Source of the DNA: Ophelia neglecta
Lineage: Eukaryota
Length of the DNA stretch: 64,000 nucleotides
Direction: 5' to 3'
Assembly (NCBI GenBank): GCA_965285935.1
Contig: OZ260664.1
Coordinates: 17,794,001 to 17,858,000 of the forward strand
The position numbers and the translations under genes are program-made. The number at the start of each line of letters is the position of its first letter. Position 1 is the first letter of the stretch. Positions 27,989 through 39,503 of the stretch are shown in pieces. Under the pieces are notes generated by a model. It searched no databases. It saw only the letters and a program-made list of their open reading frames with translations, and was not told the origin of the DNA.

Positions 27989-28073
27989 ATATTGTGTGGT
28001 ATGGAAAAATGTAGAAGGTGAATGGAAAATGTATTGGGACTGTCCCAATTCGAACTATGTTGCTATGTCCTGA
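27989..28073 (+). CDS. SnoaL-like/DUF4440 gene, last coding exon (+ copy)
   Basis: TATTTCAG| acceptor and a phase-2 join give K-YCVVWKNVEGEWKMYWDCPNSNYVAMS*, matching the GKY-x-VWKK-x-GEWK-x-D-xx-NS end of YybH/DUF4440-type proteins. Confidence 0.8.
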
Positions 28074-30756
28074 GTTCTTCCAAAACAAAGGAGGATTATT
28101 CCCAATTGACTGAAAACATGTTTCTTAGAATAGCTAAGGAGACTCTCGCTTACCGCAGGAGTGAACCCATCGATGGGCAAATATTTAAGTCAAGTCGGAC
28201 AGTAAGTTTCACTAGTTTTAAGATGTCCCGTTTACAGAACTGCAACTAAATAAGAACTAGTTTTAAAAAAGTTTACGCGAATGGAATTAATATAAGGCCG
28301 TGGTTATTTGCTTGCTTATATAAAGTCATTGCAATATAAAAGGTATTAATTGTTGGACGAGAATACTTAGTTTATTTCATTTGGTGGTCTGACATTCATT
28401 ATGTGCAATTACAGTTATTTCGCTACTACTGTTTACAAGGTTTGAATTTAATTGGTGGTTATTCAATATAAATTTCTTTTACGCCATTGGGGCTTATACT
28501 GAAATTGCGAAGGATATTTCTAACTAATTTGGAAAACTATATCAGTAAAAAATAGGCTCGGGATGTTCCCAGTTTGGTTTCTACTATTGCTGTTAAGAAA
28601 GAAGGTGAGGGAATTCTAGCAAAGAACGGTCGAGGGCATTTTCTCAAACACATTGCCTGTCAAAATTCGCGACACCTTGATAGATATCTTACTATATTCC
28701 GTCTCACACTCACGTACGAGCAGCTCACTCGTTGTACGCATGCCTCTGTGTCAGTCCTTGGGAATGATTGCTAGAATATCAGAATATTATCAGGCAGACT
28801 TGCTAGAATGACTCTGCATTCTTGGCATAAAGTCTATATACAGACCCCTAGGCAGTCTCTAAAAGATGCGGTGTATGTGCTTGAATACACTTTTAAGTGA
28901 TGTTGTTGTTCATGTGTCTGTGTCAACATATCAATTATGAATAATAAGTGATTGTCATGCTGAACAGTGTAAAAATAGAATAAGCACATGATATTACTCG
29001 TAATTAGTTGTTTTTTTAAATTTTCATCCATTGGCAAAGAGAACAATTTTACTGATTATAGGTGGAATATAAAAGATTGTTTTTCAGAGCAAGTTCTAAG
29101 TAAGGTTATGGCAAATATTCTTAAACTATTTGTTCAAAAAACGAAACAATTAGTAAACGTCTTGGGAAAAGTTGTAGGAAATTGTTTGGCACTTTAGTAT
29201 TTCATATTAAGTATATTCCCTGCTCAAAGTTTTAATTTAGATGCGTCATATCTTGATTTTAACGCGAAAAAAAGATAAATATCTTAAACCTACATGCGTG
29301 TAGTATTTTCAAACGGCCAAGTGGGTGGGGAATTAATCCTCTCTCAATCCTTTTTGAGTAAATGTGTTATCGTGTAAATTTCTTCATAGCACATATTTTT
29401 AATTTAGAAAGGTGACATCCAACCCCTACAGCTGAACATACAATATTATGATGGTTTCGAGAATGATACTATGGGCGGAAAATACCTAGGCTTGCGTTGA
29501 AGCCCTTTTAAAGATTGACATTACTATTTACAACCATAAGGGATGCAACGATGGAGTTGTAGACGGACATAAACTCAAACTTTCGTCCTGGGGACACGGT
29601 AAACATGTCAATTCACTTTTACTCTGAATATATGGGAGATATTAACTCTACCTTTCACTCTGTGGAAAAGTAGTCAAGTTATCTCATTTCACTGTGGAGA
29701 CATGGACTCGCATTATCAATATGGGGACATGTACTTTCACTGTAAGTATGAATAGACGGTCTTTTGATTTCATTCGAGGGACATCGTCTGACGTCATCAC
29801 TTAGGGAATATTGTCATTATTTATTATTTTGGGGACCTGACCTAGTCTCTCACAATTACTATAGGGAAATGGTCTCTTACCTTCACCCCTGGGGCACGGT
29901 CTTCGTGTCTCCAGATTGACAGAGTGATGTCAAAATCCTGCACATAGATTGTGGAAATATCGAAGTAGAAATAATTTTGATCTATTTTTAAATTTCTACC
30001 CTTCAACCTGAGGTACAGAGCTGCATCCTGTTATAATAGTATACACTCACATTTAACGCCTAAGTGAAAGCCTAAGTGTAAGCCTATCCCTAAGCATAAG
30101 CCTAAACATAATAGTCCTAGCTTGAAAAATGACACTTCGAGACTTGTTTCTCACCATCACTCTGGAGATATTGTCTCTCACTATCATTATGGGGACCGGT
30201 TCTCTCACCATCAGTATGGGTACATGCCCTAGTATTTAAGGAAGTGTAATCCTATACCTTACCCAAACGATGAAAATAATAATCCTAGCTTTGAAATTGT
30301 AACAATTCCATTCTGTGGGTTTAAGGATAAATCAAATGTAAGCACTTCCTCCAGTTTTTGGCTTATGAAAAACTCAACAATCCAGTAGAGCATCATAATC
30401 GGAATGATCTCTGTTGTTTGGAACATAAGAGGGGACTTGACTTATCACTCCGGGCACATGGTCTCTCACTATCATTCCGGGGACATGGTCTCTCACTATC
30501 ACTCCGCGGATTTGTTATTTCACTTTAGTCTTCCACCATCACTTTGGCGACATTGTCTCTCACTATAACTCTTGTTATTTTGTCATACGATCGTCTTTTA
30601 CTATCACTCGGGGACCATGGCCTATCACTGTCAGTATCGGGGTATCGTCTCTCACTATAAGTGTGGGGACCTAATCTCTCACTGTCTTTATTTGGACATG
30701 GTATTTCACTATAAGTTAGGGTAGACGGTCTTTCGATTTCATTCGATTATGACTGT

Positions 30757-31151
30757 AAATAACTGGGGCACCCAGGCTTATGTGACAATACAACAGCTCC
30801 TGATACTCCGTTCAGGGATTGATTTAAACTCTACATTCAAAAATATTTTGGTACTTGGCAGTTTTAATGTATAGACATTTCTTTGTAATATCTGTAGTGA
30901 CAGACTAAACTGAAAACAGATTAAGCTATTAAAGTTATTAAAATTATTACCACTGCTGTTCCTTTCCCCCCATTTTGCTGGTTGTAGTTGCACCAGGCCA
31001 GTACGCCGGCCAGATTCGTGCGGCGTACACCAGGTGCACCCACTAGCCCCACTGCGCATGTGCAAAAAATATCCCGACCCGAAACAAATACAAACATTTT
31101 GCGCGGTGTACACCAGGTGTTAGCAGGCGCAGTCAAACAAATGCACCCAGT
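30757..31151 (-). mobile_element. Dispersed repeat (unclassified non-autonomous element); second copy inverted at 41801-42060
   Basis: 30880-31151 is the diverged reverse complement of 41802-42060. This copy interrupts a block that is uninterrupted at 29750-29950. Confidence 0.7.
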
Positions 31152-32639
31152 TTGGGGACCCGACCTAGTCTCACACAATTACTATGGGGACATGGTCTCT
31201 TACCTTCATCCCTGGGGCACGTTCTTCGTGTCTCCAGATTGACAGAGTGATGTCTAAATACTGCACATAGATTGTGTATCTGGGAGAGAGATATTGCCCC
31301 AGACCTCACATGAAAAACTCAGGGAAAGAGTGAGACGACATGGTCTCTCACTATCACTCTGGGGATATGGAATCGCATTATATTTCTACGTGCATTACTG
31401 CGAACTATCAGGGCGGGCGTGATCTCTCTAGGTCATTCCGGGGATATGGCATCTCGCTAATTCTCCGGGGTCATAGTATCTCATCATCATTGTGGGAACA
31501 TTGTCTCTCACTATCTGTGTGCGGACATGGTCGCTCACTATCGTGAAGTGGACAAGGCCTCTGTCTATCACTCCCGGGAATTGGTCTCACAATCACTGCC
31601 GAGACATGGCCTGTCCCTCTCACTCTGGGGTCATTGTCCCTTGCTATCAGTGTGGAGACATTGCCTATCACGGTTATTCCTGGGACATCGGATGTCATCA
31701 TCACTCTAGGGACATTGTCTCTCACTATCTATTTGTTGACATGGTCTCTCACTATCACTCCCGGGACTTGGTATATCATCATCAAAACGGGGACATTATC
31801 TCTGACTTTGACTTTGGAGGACATAAAGCAATAAGTACCATTCTGGTCACATGGTGACTCATTATTCTGAGAACATTGTTTCACACTGTCAGCTCTGGTG
31901 CATGGTCTCTCCATGGGAATGTATGAACATAATCAATGCTGGCAGCATGGTTTCTTATCATCATTCATCAGTCAGCACTACACATAATACTTGTTGTACC
32001 GAGTTTCACAGTCGTGTATCTGGGAGAGAGACTTTGCCCCAGGCATATAGATATTCTTTATCCCCACAGCCAAAGAGAAACAGACCCCACATGAAACTGT
32101 CCTTACAGCCAGGGAAAGAGTGAGAAGACATGGTCTCTCACTATCACTCTGGGGACATAATCTCTCACTATCACTCTGGGGACATAATCTCTCACTATCA
32201 CTCTGGGGACATGACCTCTCACTATCACTCTGGGGACATGGTCTCTCACTATCACTCTGGGGAGATGACCTCTCACTATCACTCTGGGGACATGATCTCT
32301 CACTATCACTCCGGGGACATGATCTCTTACTATCACTCCAGGGACATGATCTCTTACTATCACTCCGGGGAGATGACCTCTCACTATCACTCTGGGGACA
32401 TAATCTCTCACTATCACTCTGGGGACATAATCTCTCACTATCACTCTGGGGACATAATCTCTCACTATCACTCTCTCACCATCACTCTGGGGACATGGTC
32501 TCTCACTATCACCACCGGGGGTATAATCTCTCACTATCACTCCGGGGACATGGTCTCTCACCATCACTCTGGAGTAATGATCAGGGGCGGAACCAGGGGG
32601 CCGGACCCCCCCCCCCCAACAGGTGCCCAAAACAAAGGC

Positions 32640-33200
32640 AACTAGATAGAACTCGATTGGGACATAAGTCGACTCTAACAGTCGAGCGACGCCTAGCGGC
32701 GTCGTCTGGATGCCTCCGCCAAAAAGTTAATTTGTGGACAAAAGATTTTGTGGAGAATTGGTCAGAAGCAGATTTATCGTTGAAAATGGGAGCGAAAGTG
32801 AAAGCGATGGAAATTGTATGGTACAATTATGTAGAATTTAAAATAACCTTGAAAAAAACCCAAGGTGAAGTTCAAGGACACCACTGGATTTCTTGTGTAT
32901 AATTTCCTATTAGTGTTCAATATATATTATGTGCCTATCTCACACCGTTAAGCTTCCAAAAGTTCCCATGTTAATGCATTTCTAAATTATAGCCCTCGGC
33001 GGCCATCTTGTTTTTCCGATCTCGCCCAAAACCTTTTCAGCGAACCGCAATGTTTAATTGATGACTTCCATGAAGTTTCGGAATAATCCCTGCATCCGTT
33101 CGAGAGATTTCGTACGACATACAAACCTTACCTGATGAATCGTGGCGGCCATCTTGTTTTTCCGATCGGTCCGAAAACAATACGAACAAAAATAAACCCA
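32640..33200 (+). mobile_element. Helentron/HINE-like non-autonomous element, 3' truncated
   Basis: Starts AACTAGA, followed by short palindromes and GATGCCTCCGCC, then two ~147-bp-spaced GGCGGCCATCTTGTTTTTCCGATC repeats. Recognised by pattern only; no 3' hairpin was found. Confidence 0.45.
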
Positions 33201-33619
33201 AAGTGAAATTGAATCTCTTTTAAAGGTTGACAATACTATCTACACCAAAACAGGATGCAACGATGGAGTTGGTGGTGACAGGAACTCACACTTTCGCCCA
33301 GGGGAGACGGGAGACATGTAAACACACTTACACTCTGAATATATGAGAGATTTGTCTGTTGAAATAGAGACAAGTTATCTCACTTTCACTATGGAGACAT
33401 CGATTCTAACTATCACTCTGGGGACATGGATTTATTTTGTTTGGGCCATGGGTAAAATTCCTATATATGGCTCCAAAGTTAACCAAAATTGACTTTTTTT
33501 AAATGCCTCCTTGCCTTCTTGAGAAAATGTGATGTCGTGACATTGCTTCATAGCACTTACATTAAATTTTAAATAAGAAGGCTGAAATCCAAAAGTTGTT
33601 GAAAGTCACGTAATACACC

Positions 33620-33620
<1 letters not shown>

Positions 33621-33652
<32 letters not shown>

Positions 33653-33670
33653 CCACAACCACAACAACAA
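33621..33670 (+). repeat. (CAA)n microsatellite
   Basis: Directly visible in the sequence. Confidence 0.95.
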
Positions 33671-34880
33671 CATATAAGGTCGTCCTTAACGTGATGTTTG
33701 AGTTTACTCAGAAGTTTAGCAGACTGATCTGGGCAGGTGCCTAAACAAAGACTGACCGACCTAAGCAGTCATCAAATGACTAGATGCTAACTGCCTTCTG
33801 TGAGGAGGCCCGTCTGGCTTACACCCGGGGCACGCAACCATCATCTTTGCATTTCTCTGGCTTGGGTGCATATAGGATTAACCACTTCCTCACTGGAATT
33901 GATGACAGCACACTGCTCTGTTAAATTGAGGTTGAATCCAGTCACTTGAATATGAATCCCCGTTGAGCTGTTAGAGCGTATTTTAATACGCAGCGTCAAC
34001 CAGAGGGGCCAAGCGTACGACTGGTCTCCCAACGCCTAGAAAATCAACTGGAACAAACTAAATACAGCCAAGTATGCAACACTGAAGGAATCCAGACCCA
34101 GAGCACTCATCGGAGAAAAGAAACAATGGAGTGCCTGCCCAGGTAGGCCCAACGAAAAAACAGCAAAAAGTTTTTCTGGACTCCGGCGCTGATACCGATC
34201 TTCCATGAATCTGGAACGCTGCACCACCTCTCGAAACAGGAGGGCTCTCCGGCCGTCTCTCCTATGGGGGATCGAATGAAGTTCCTCGAGAAATGGATCC
34301 GGGGAATTCAGCGCCAGATCGCTGCGGCCAATAGAAAAATCATTTGCAAAAGAACAAAGGATTCTTATCATAACGATAAGGCACTATTCTACGGACTCGT
34401 AGACAAGCAGAGAGCTGGTTCCTCCTTGGAGGGTCCCTCTCAGGTACCATCACTGAATGCCAGGGTATCCGTCAGGGTGTTCACACATGTCCTGATGACT
34501 TCAAAGCTAAGAGCTCCCCACCTGTCAAGAATTGCCTACTATCTTGCTGACTGCTTTTTTTCGCTCCCCATTGAACCCAATCACTTAACCAAGCTCATCC
34601 TATAACCCAGTTCTTTCCGTTTCCCCCCTCCCTTGCCCCAGTTCTGGTCCCCAAGTCACGTGCCCTTGCTTTAGGTTGCATCTAAGGAGAGCCGAGCTAC
34701 TTAAACTCTCCCCGCAGACCGGTTTGGTTGACGCGTAGCACCGATACCTTTCACTAGGTGAGCATGTTACCTTTTTTTTTGCTTTTATTTATTTCATAAA
34801 TATTTTTATCTCCTGGTAGAAAGAGCTCCTGCCTGAAAGAGTATAGTACAGTACAGTAGAGTACAAGAGTATAGTACAGT
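33671..34880 (+). mobile_element. Internally deleted LINE remnant
   Basis: Peptides KINWNKLNTAKY, FWTPALIPIF...KQEGSP and DKALFYGLVDKQR resemble the endonuclease-to-RT linker of invertebrate LINE ORF2. No RT core is present, and the segment ends in a short (AGTAC)n-like tail. Confidence 0.5.
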
Positions 34881-35557
34881 TACAACAACCCAACACGTGG
34901 CGCGCAGTCAGCTTAGCCGTGTATTCCCATCAATGTTGACCTACGACAGCCAGCATTTCGAAGTCTGTCGAAAACCTCACTTTTCAACTGAATGGATTAT
35001 TACGAATCGATATTCTAGTAGGGATCGATTGTGATTACCTCAGTTGCGAAAATGGCTTACATAGCCCACTTCCCCATGATTGGCAACAGAATCTTCTAGG
35101 ATTGCGCAATCCACAATTTTCACCCTTCTTAAACATAGACTTGCCATTAGGGGGGGGGGGGGGGTAGGAACTAGTGTCTATCTTGGTTGGGTATACCTCG
35201 ATCTGATTGTCGAAAACCATAATAATTCATGTAACTGTCCTTGCAAATATATAAATATATAGACTCTGTGTATACGGCGAGAGAAAAAAATGGATCTATT
35301 TAAAATTGAAATGTAACATGTAGTAGGCACCGTGCGCAAATGTAAACAGGGATCCCCCACCCCGTTATTCACGCTCATGAACATATTGTATTCATATGCT
35401 CCTAGCATGTTCACCTTGGTGAAAACAACAAGTGCATTTCTTTCGACATGCGTCTTAAAGTAAGCAAGTATTTGTAGATCTATTGCTGTCAAGAATAAAT
35501 GTTCCAATGCTTTTGTGATAGCACGGTTGTGTTGTTTATATACCCAGAAATATGCCT

Positions 35558-35940
35558 TTAGAGGCTGTCTTGTGCGCTTTCAAAACTTTGTCTGATTGGC
35601 CGTACACATACACTTGAAACTTCATCTGTGGTAACTGGAGCATCGTTTTCATCAATGTCACCCACGCCGTGAACCACATTTCCCTCCACGTCCCCGTGAT
35701 GATAAAGCAGCCCCGGAATTAACGCATCTTTAGGAATCGCTTCAGGATTAAAGGGCCAGATGCCACATGCCCTAAAACCGGCGCGGCAGTTTTCAGGTGA
35801 CACCGCCTGCCAGGTCGCTGAGAATAAATGGAAGAACCTAGAAAACAAGAACAAGGATTTAGCTTTTTCCGTTTCTGCCCCCCTCTCCCCTCCCCTCCAC
35901 GACTTGTTACTTTTCCTCGTACTTATTCGGACCATGCTGA
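35558..35940 (-). mobile_element. Pogo/Tigger-like DDE transposase C-terminal remnant
   Basis: ATWQAVSPENCRAGFRACGIWPFNPEAIP matches the W..NI.SGF..TGI.PFNP.AI motif that follows the DDE_1 domain. Confidence 0.75.
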
Positions 35941-37790
35941 AAATATAAAACTTCATTAATCAAGGCATAATTCCTAAATTTCAGAGTGTATGCAATATAA
36001 TTACGCTTTCTTGTCTCTGATATGTCAGGTCAATATTCATAACCATTTATACATGGGGACGTCCCGTTTCTAAAGTCGCGAGTTTAAGCTAGTACGCCCC
36101 AACTAGGCCTATAGTTCTTGTTTGACCAAAAAAACCCTATCTTGGGCTCTTTTTTACCCAATGTGCCCTATAGTTCTTAGGCCAATAGTTTGATAGTTTG
36201 CCGAGGCAGTAACAAAATAGGTTAAAATTAATAACATATAGGCCTATAGATCAAGTATGATTTACAATTGCCCTAACTAGACTAAAGTTTAGGCGAATGC
36301 GCCGAAGCCAGGTTTAGAAATTTAATGCCAGTGCCCTCGATGAACTAAGAGATAATATTTTTGAGGCTGTTTGACCTGACTAGGGCCAACTAAAATGTCA
36401 TTTAAGGGGATGGGGTTACTTTAAACGACCCATATAGGGTCACAGTAGTAACTCGAGCTAGTTATTTGGTTCATCAGTGTATTATTCCCATGGTAACGGC
36501 TTAAGCCTTAACAGCCCGTTTTGCTCGGAGTTCACCTACTTTAAAAATAAGAAAGAACCCAATCGTTCTTTGGTATGCCGACTTTAGGTCAAAGGGTTTT
36601 ATTTCAAGGTTACACTTATAGGTTAAACATAGACAGTAGCACCGATGGTTAAGCAGTCAGTATGCGACTTGGGGATCCGTGACCGGTTTGGAGGTGGCGG
36701 TTCAAGAAAACGCTTCACTGCGCTTTTTTTATATGAAGTTGAAACAACAAAGCCTTCAAATAAAACAGTAAGGCCGGGACTTTCAGGGGATGGGACAAGG
36801 ATCCCTGAAATTGATAGGGGAGCCTCCATCCTATTAAAGCGTTCGATCTGCCTAAATCTAGTGTCTTTAATATTAAAAGCCCCTACGCGATGGGCTATTA
36901 TAGTGACATATAGAACGAAATTAAGGGTCGGAAGGAAAATTCTCGCGCCACTAAAATTATAACGTCACTGTAAAAACGTCATCATGTATAGTAGAAGGGA
37001 CCGCATTTTTTTGCAGTAATGTCTGGAATTACTTAAACTTTCAGAAATATATTAACATTGAAAAGTTGTAGAAATAATGAGTCTAAAATATTGTTATTGT
37101 ATATATTCTGAAGGGAATCCGGCTAAAAAATGCTTTCTGAAAATTTTGAGTGACTTAAATCAACGCGAAATATATCTTGGGCTCTTTTTTACCCAATGTG
37201 CCCTATAATTCTTAGGCTAATTAGTTTGCCGAGGCAATTTTTTAATTCAAAAAGTGAGAGTGACAAATTAAAAATGCGCATTTCCATAACTAAGTAAAAT
37301 AATCATAAGGTGAAGTGTCAAAGGTTGTGTACAAACAAAAACACTGAGGAGTTAATGAAACTTAAAACAAGAAATAGTCAGCTGTATTGGTCTAAATTAA
37401 GGGGCCAAGCAAGCCGTGTGTATCCTGACATCGATCTCGATGCTTATGTACGGTTTTTTAAATCTGTAAACAACCCTCCGTATATTGTAAATTTTGAAGT
37501 AGAAGACGATATTCGAAGATACATGGAAAGTTATGTTTATACAGACTCTGTTTTCGCAGAACTAGATATTGATATTAGTATTGAAGAACTGGTATACAGG
37601 GAATTAAACAACTGAAGAATAAGAAAAGTGTAGGTCCTGATGGATTGATAAACGAAATTTTTATAAATTCCACTTCATTACAGCCCTACATTTTGGATCT
37701 TTTTAATCAGGTGCTTTCATCAGGTGTATTTCCGTCTGTGTGGGCGGAGGGGTGATAATTCCACTACACAAATCTGGCAACATTCATTAA

Positions 37791-39503
37791 GTGGAGAATT
37801 ATAGGGGAATTACTCTTCTCTCGGCATTGGGGAAGTTGTTCACCAGGGTTCTCAATAACAGATTGTCAGAGTGGGCAGAATCCTATGGTCAGTATATTGA
37901 TGGACAGGCTGGTTTTCGCAAAGGGTATAGCATAGTGGACAACGTATTTGTTTTAAATTGTTTGATGGAATATTATAAATCGGTCAAAAAGAAACTTTTC
38001 TGTGCATTAGTTGATTTCAAAAAAGCATTTGATTATGTTAACAGAGATGCTCTCTGGTTTAAGTTGATACATCTGGGGATCAGAGGACCTTTGTTAAGAA
38101 TAATGCAGAGCATGTACCAAGGTATAAAGTCGGTTGTAGAGGATAATTTTGGGAATATCAGTGATGGTTTTTATTGTGCACTTGGTGTTAGGCAGGGAGA
38201 ATCCCTGTCACCTTTTTTGTTTGCCATCTTCATTAATGACTTGAATGGACATATATCAACCAGTCCTAACACTTTTGGCGTGTCAATTGAGGACATATCA
38301 GTGTTTTTATTATTGTATGCAGACGATGCTGTTATTCTGTCTGAAACAGAACGGGGTCTTCAAGAAGGTCTCAATTCTCTGCAAGAATACTGTCAAAGGT
38401 GGAAACTAGTGTTAAATAAACAAAAAACAAAGATTATCATATTTGGGGCGGGTACAAGGTTTTCACGCTATAAATTTATATATGATCAAACTGTACTTGA
38501 TATTGTGAAGTTTGTCAGTTACTTAGGGATTAAATTTAGTTGTACCGGGAAGTGGGCTGAGGCGCAGAAAACGTTGGCAAATCAAGCCAAAAAGGCACTT
38601 TTCTTGCTGTACAGAGATGTTAACAGATTTAATTGGAGTATTAGGGAGAAATGTGAACTTTTCGATAAGCTAATTTTTCCAATTTTGAATTATGGCTGTG
38701 AGGTTTGGGGACAGCACCACTCTCCTGATATTGAAAAGGTACATCTCAGCTTCTGTAAAAAGGTTCTCTCTCTTCGTTCTTCTACCAAATCAGATTTAAT
38801 GTATGCTGAGCTAGCAAGACTGCCCATGCATACTCATCGTAAATTTGCGATTATAAGGTATTGGCTAAAACTTGTGACAGGTCCAGAGAAACTTGGTAAG
38901 AGGCTGTATTTTGCTGCAAAAAACGCATCGCCTCTGCCGTGGGTCGAATACGTAAAGAATACTTTGTATAGTTCGGGTTTTGGGGATGTATGGTTGAATC
39001 AAGGGGTTGGGAATGCTGATCTGTTTTTGTCTTTGTTTAAGCAAAGGGTTCAGGACAGTGCTTTCCAGGTAATACATGAGCACTTGTCTGAGTCAAACAA
39101 GTCACTAGTATATATTCATCTCGATGTTCCGCAGATTTATAAAAAACTTCCCTGGTACCTCTGTGGTAACATCTCTGTAAACAATACAATAACTCAAGCA
39201 CGTTTTCGCTTGAGAAATCATCGTCTTGAAATAGAAACCGGCAGCTGGAGAAAACCTGGCTTGCCCATATCTGATAGAAAATGTATTTGGTGTAATGTTT
39301 TAGAAGATGAGTATCATTCCATTTTAGAGTGTGATAGATTTAAGGATCTGAGACAAAAGTATATCAATAGGTATTATTATAATAATCCAAGCATGGCAAC
39401 ATTTTTACGGCTCTTAAACAGTAATAGTCCACAAGTGATAAATAATATGGCTCTGTACATCCGAAAAGGTCTTCTAAGACATAATGAACTTATAAATGTT
39501 TAA
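37791..39503 (+). pseudogene. LINE ORF2 reverse transcriptase plus C-terminal Cys/His domain (open 570-aa segment)
   Basis: ORF track translation. It is preceded in-frame by TAA at 37788-37790, so it is not a complete ORF2. Confidence 0.92.

Larger units (their letters stand above)
26514..29228 (+). repeat. ~2.7 kb block duplicated in inverted orientation at 60336-63003
   Basis: Reverse-complement colinearity with scattered SNPs and indels. The ORF track shows the same peptides on opposite strands. Confidence 0.97.
29541..33430 (+). repeat. 27-bp minisatellite field (unit CACTATCACTCTGGGGACATGGTCTCT), homogeneous core ~32125-32575
   Basis: Near-perfect 27-bp tandem copies in the core and degenerate copies on both sides. 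This explains the repetitive ORFs at 32103-32902. Confidence 0.93.

Noticed and set aside
28022-28249. 75-aa ORF MENVLGLSQ... (and 61295-61522)
   Set aside because: It is an alternative frame overlapping the SnoaL-like last exon and its 3' UTR.
30055-30112. Interstitial telomere-like CCTAA repeats
   Set aside because: Short and irregular; more likely low-complexity TE-internal sequence.
32125-32575. CRISPR array
   Set aside because: Head-to-tail repeats with no unique spacers, eukaryotic context and no cas genes.
32103-32902. Long repetitive ORFs (LSLSLWGH, SHYHSGD, VIVRDHVP) as real proteins
   Set aside because: They are open in several frames and on both strands, which follows from a 27-bp minisatellite. 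No splice or start context supports them.
34490-34530. Hammerhead ribozyme core CTGATGA
   Set aside because: No properly placed GAAA or stem II could be formed here, or at the other CTGATGA sites checked.
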